A stretch of 64,000 nucleotides of DNA, taken from assembly GCA_024704765.1 (NCBI GenBank), contig JAKMXF010000365.1, forward strand, positions 930,001 to 994,000, read 5' to 3'. Below, piece by piece: positions 59,787 through 64,000 of the stretch. Numbering within the stretch: position 1 is the stretch's first letter; each line of letters opens with the position of its first letter. A model generated the notes under the pieces. That model did not search any database. It had not been told where the DNA came from and saw only the letters and a list, made by a program, of their open reading frames with translations. This DNA comes from Oopsacas minuta. Taxonomy: Eukaryota; Animalia; Porifera. Made by a program: the position numbers and the translations under genes.

Positions 59787-61307
59787 TTATGATTCCATTA
59801 AATCAGAATAATCGCCTAATCCATAACAATATGCCTGTACTGCACAAATGTCATGTAGTGAAGGTACAGGATAAGAATGCAGACCTGAGAAATACAACCT
59901 CAGCTCTTCCTGTATACCCCCACATCTCCAATCAGCTATAATTAATAATTCAAGTAACTTTTCAGCTAATATCCTCGAACGATGTTTTTCCTGTCTCAAC
60001 AGTACTTTTAGTGAAAAATGAGCCATCTTAAAGTATAGATCGACAATAGGATGCTTTCCAGTTGTTTTCTCACAGAACATTACACTAGCAAGGATGGAAT
60101 TTGATGGTACAAAAAAGAACCCAATAAAATGTTCTATAATATTCCAAGTAGTATTGTGAGTATGTTCATATTGGATTATTTCTTGGATGGACACATCTCG
60201 CAAAAATAGTCCAAGCAGTCTTGAAGCTTGAAAAAGGAATTTACTGCCAAATAATATTAAATTCGGTGTTTTAAGTGAATTTAGTATAATCAGACTTACA
60301 TTGGAATATATGCGGGAAATTCTGGAATCAAAACTGATGTATTGATTAGCGACAAAGTGTTCGAGTATTTCCAAATAAATTCCATGACAATAGAGATTGA
60401 CTGAAGTGGATTTGTGTATTGAGATAGATAGGAAAATATTAGATTGGAGGCAACAATCAAAGAATTCTAACGTGGGACGTAAAAAATTCGTTTTTAGTAT
60501 TTTCAAGAATGTCTCATCATTCCCTAAACGTATCGCTACATCCTTAACTTCAACGATCATTTGAAATATTCCATGACAATCGTGGCAAATATCCTGCCAA
60601 TATATCTGATTGACTTTACTCGTAATTACTTTGGTGTTGGCGAGAAAGTACAATCGAAGAAATTCCTTGGTAAATTCCAATTGTGACATTAGCAATAGCA
60701 TCTCCCGACTATCAGCATAACTCCAAAGAACATGAATTATATCTGAGATACATTTCAGATTTGTTCTAGTCATTATTTCACTTGAACTGTCCTCATTTTC
60801 CAATTCTGAGTGGAGATAGACTAAAAGATCTCTCAATTTATGTATAAACCCTTTATTAACGAGATAAAGTTGTGTACCCACTCCTCTAGACAAGTGGCAG
60901 TCATTATGGAAGTGGATTAACCTCTCTAGACGAGTTTGGACATGCGGTATATTAGTCTGGTCGATTGCATTATCTATTTGTTCAAGTAAATTAGACAGTC
61001 TATTGAATGCCAAAGTTGGCGCATAATAATGTAATGTAATTGGGTTAGGATTATCCCAAATTCTATCTGACATAGAACATACTTCCATGGTTTCAATAGG
61101 ATCAAGAGGTGTACCAGCTATTGAAAGAGATAAATGACATACTCTGGGAATGTTTAACTCGTTCTCAATTAAATTGCGAAAATATTCTACATTATGTTTG
61201 TCATCGTTCTTCCTTACTCTTAGTAAATGCACTTGCACTTCTGTTTCATTTATCTTGGTACTGTGTATGCGTAAGGTAATCAGGGGATTCGTATCTTCTA
61301 CAGCCAT
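59787..61307 (-). CDS. Hypothetical 506-aa protein: N-terminal ubiquitin-like domain, helical (ARM-like) body, C-terminal BC-box-like motif
   Basis: Long intact ATG ORF; VEYFRNLIENELNIP..LSLSIAGTPL resembles the Ubl helix/strand pattern; PVPSLHDICA resembles the BC-box SLxxLC. Confidence 0.75.
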   Translation of the reverse strand: MAVEDTNPLITLRIHSTKINETEVQVHLLRVRKNDDKHNVEYFRNLIENELNIPRVCHLSLSIAGTPLDPIETMEVCSMSDRIWDNPNPITLHYYAPTLAFNRLSNLLEQIDNAIDQTNIPHVQTRLERLIHFHNDCHLSRGVGTQLYLVNKGFIHKLRDLLVYLHSELENEDSSSEIMTRTNLKCISDIIHVLWSYADSREMLLLMSQLEFTKEFLRLYFLANTKVITSKVNQIYWQDICHDCHGIFQMIVEVKDVAIRLGNDETFLKILKTNFLRPTLEFFDCCLQSNIFLSISIHKSTSVNLYCHGIYLEILEHFVANQYISFDSRISRIYSNVSLIILNSLKTPNLILFGSKFLFQASRLLGLFLRDVSIQEIIQYEHTHNTTWNIIEHFIGFFFVPSNSILASVMFCEKTTGKHPIVDLYFKMAHFSLKVLLRQEKHRSRILAEKLLELLIIADWRCGGIQEELRLYFSGLHSYPVPSLHDICAVQAYCYGLGDYSDLMES

Positions 61308-61980
61308 CTCTATAATTATAACTGAATTGGCGAAAATTCTTGATTCGTTAATAAAAATGCAGCACTTCTTTTAAAGGTAAACTTTTCAATATAAATTGTA
61401 CTAATAAAATTATTTAGTTATGCTTTCGATGTAAGAATAACTTTCTAAGTGAAGTAATCTGTTTCAGAATGTGACTTATTCCACACAATAGAGAAAGTCA
61501 CAGTATTAGATAATTGTTTCATTTTAAAACTGAAAGTATCAAAAAATTCACAGTCAATGAAAGTGAATTTTGGATTAATTTTGTGCGTTTATTGACAAAT
61601 TGTTTACTATGTATGAAATTATGCGTAAAATTTACGGAGATCCATACATGACCTGGCCAAACACGGCTAAACCTAAACTATGTGTAGTTTGGTGTGGTCA
61701 TGATACAGAATTGTTTACCATGAGTAGCTATAGCTCATGAAAGTTTGAGAAACCCTGAACTAGAGGGTTGAATATAGCGAGTACATATAATGCATCATAA
61801 ATTTCTAATGATTTTCAAATCTTAACATAGTACAAGTATATGTAAATACGGGAAATTCAAAACTGTATATCTCTTAAAAAAGTGTAATACAACAAACTGG
61901 AATATTCGAAATCTAATTTCAGTGATATATTGATGTAGATTTAGCTAGGAAATGAGAAAATATAGAAATATATAGTGATA

Positions 61981-63003
61981 TCATTTCTCTACAACAATGG
62001 CTGCTACCATCATCCCATAATAAGTAGGTGCTAGTCTACATAAGAAATTAACTTGAAATCTAGTCCCTAGTTCAATTTCCGATATTAACAGCCCATGCAG
62101 AATGCCAAAGCCATATATTCCGCAAGATAAAGCCTGGCCTTTCAATTTTGTAGCCTTTACAAGCCAATTTTCCGCATCTTTAGCTACATGTACATCCCAG
62201 GTAGTAATGATTTCCTCAATACTCTTGATTGGTGTACTGAAGACATCTTGAGTGAATGGTATACCCTTTATCCAATTTTCTACAGCTATGTCAAAGTCTA
62301 GAGGTACTCGCTCATCTGCTGGAAGAGGTATTTCCCATCTAGGGTCCGGAAGATAGAGCGGGAGTTCACAATCAGTTTTGTGTGTGTGTGCTAGATCTCC
62401 GCTAACAACATACAACACTTTATGAGGCAAGTTTCTGATAAACTTTCCTATTGATCTACCTATCTGCACCCGTTCTGAGACGGGAGCTAACCCTTTTACA
62501 AAATGGATTGGATTAGAAAATATAACCACTTTAACCCCAATTTTAGTTATCTCTTTAAGAAACCAGATCGGTATTACTTCACCCCAACGTAAGGGAATTT
62601 CAGTTCTACTGAAAGCTGAAATACCTTCAGTAGGTATTCCATCCTTTCTAAGGTGTTCTACCAGTAAATTGGCAATATTTGAATCCAAATGAATATCAAC
62701 TTCGAATTCTGACCAATTCTGATTCCATTCAGCATTCCCTTTAGCCTGTCCATTAACATAAACTCCAATTGAATCAGTGAGAGATATGCCATGTGGAGTG
62801 TTTAGAATTATCAGATCGGGTTTGGATTCTGCCACAATTTTCACTGCTTTGATGCATGAATTGTATAATTCATTACAATCATATCGCAGTTGTTGTGGAA
62901 ATTCTTGGATTCTCTTAGCTGCTACTTCACTCACATCGCAACTATGAATTCCATTGAATATCATAGCTCCATGAGGGAGAATCAAATAGCTACTATTTTT
63001 CAT
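61981..63003 (-). CDS. LigB/Memo superfamily (class III extradiol dioxygenase subunit B-like) protein, 340 aa, intronless
   Basis: LILPHG, KPDLIILNTPHG, LRWGEVIPIWFL, VVSGDLAHTH, ALSCGIYGF, RLAPTYYGMMVA fit the LigB/Memo fold motifs. Confidence 0.85.
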   Translation of the reverse strand: MKNSSYLILPHGAMIFNGIHSCDVSEVAAKRIQEFPQQLRYDCNELYNSCIKAVKIVAESKPDLIILNTPHGISLTDSIGVYVNGQAKGNAEWNQNWSEFEVDIHLDSNIANLLVEHLRKDGIPTEGISAFSRTEIPLRWGEVIPIWFLKEITKIGVKVVIFSNPIHFVKGLAPVSERVQIGRSIGKFIRNLPHKVLYVVSGDLAHTHKTDCELPLYLPDPRWEIPLPADERVPLDFDIAVENWIKGIPFTQDVFSTPIKSIEEIITTWDVHVAKDAENWLVKATKLKGQALSCGIYGFGILHGLLISEIELGTRFQVNFLCRLAPTYYGMMVAAIVVEK

Positions 63004-63066
63004 CTCTGATAATATAGTTAAATAAAAAAAGTACGTTTGTCTCTCAAATTTATTATTGTAATAATC

Positions 63067-63351
63067 TTTAGTGATCTCCTATTTGGAGATGCACTAATGG
63101 CATAGACGATGTGTAACGTCCGTACCTCCGTCGGTCCGCGCGCCATAGGATTTGAGGATAGAACATGAATTTCAGTAGGAGACTAATAATATTAAATATC
63201 CTGAAATATTTATCAGACCCAGGGGCTCAAAATCAGTCGGGGTCTGATGCATTGTGGAATTTACACGGGGGTCAGGGGGGGTGTGCCCCCCGAAAAGAAC
63301 AAAAATACGCAACCCCGAGCTGCACTATCAGTCTGTCGGCTGGACATTTTT
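63067..63351 (+). mobile_element. Complete Helentron/HINE-like non-autonomous element (~285 bp)
   Basis: 5' TTT-AGTGATCTC (degenerate subTIR) + CTCCTATTTGGAG + GTCC-type repeats; 3' GAGCTGCACT + hairpin TCAGTC-TGTC-GGCTGG + T run. Confidence 0.7.
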
Positions 63352-63846
63352 CTATAATAATAATCTGGAGAAATGCAAGGTAGAGTGCATTGAATAAAGT
63401 GCCAAGTAGATGTGAGCATTGAAAAGTTATAGTGTGATGAAGTGGCAGCGGGGATGTACTACTCCCAGGGGGTTCAGGCGCTGAGGTTGATGTGGCAGAC
63501 TATAGATGGGACAGGTATGAATGTGGTTATCAGGCAAACTCTTCGAGAAGTAACAACTGTTCACATAGATACCACTGAACAATCGGTGTCCTGGCTGATT
63601 TTTAAAGTGCCCAAGGAATATGGTAATCTTTGACAACACTAGTGGTCTTTCCGAATTTCGATGCCCTCACTCCATGAATAAAGAACCTTGGCGGGAGCAA
63701 CCTGCCTAGGGACAAATGCACCAGCCTGCTTGATATGGAAAATCTGTGAAGGCTCCTCTGCAACCGCCTCTCCAATATTGAGTACACCTGTTCATAGTCG
63801 ATGGAATAAGGACACGGAAAGTGTATCCCAAAGGTAGAAAACCGTG

Positions 63847-64000
63847 TTTTAGTGTAGCTCCTATAGGAGATGCCCTAATGGCATGGATGATGTGCGACGT
63901 CAGTACCTCGGTCCGTCCGTCTGCGCGGACTTGCGAAATCTAGCAGTCGAATGAACATGAAACTTGGCATACATATACATTTTTGGTCGGAGATTTGCAC
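63847..64000 (+). mobile_element. Helentron/HINE-like element, 5' part, truncated by window end
   Basis: TTTT-AGTGTAGCTC-CTATAGGAG..GGTCCGTCCGTCTG..GAAACTTGGCATAC..GGAGATTTGCAC. Confidence 0.7.

Noticed and set aside
1-64000. Prokaryotic or phage origin / defence system
   Set aside because: Spliceosomal introns, metazoan-specific genes and eukaryotic TEs throughout; no operon-like or cas/RM features.

Overview
AT-rich eukaryotic (animal) genomic DNA with short GT-AG introns and compact genes. The gene set (afadin, KMT2C/D, M1AP, GABA-B-like GPCR) and style fit an early-branching metazoan such as a glass sponge; this taxon guess is inference. From left to right the window holds: a 5'-truncated afadin, an orphan ORF with an unusual promoter and structured leader, a carbohydrate-sulfotransferase pseudogene, a solitary 5S rRNA gene, pyroglutamyl peptidase I and a 4-exon NEIL1. 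Next is a 28-kb, 32-exon KMT2C/D (MLL3/4) gene on the minus strand that I reconstructed exon by exon (~2660 aa); an intronless UBE3D gene lies antisense inside its intron 1 and its intron 2 is full of TEs. These are followed by a MYND-domain pseudogene, M1AP, a GABA-B-like class C GPCR, a frameshifted and catalytically dead USP4/11/15-like fusion, a Ubl-helical-BC-box orphan and a LigB/Memo-like metalloprotein. Intergenic and intronic DNA is rich in MITEs, Helitron-like and Helentron/HINE-like elements. I found no CRISPR array, tRNA or prokaryotic system. All family calls come from motif recognition by eye, not database searches.
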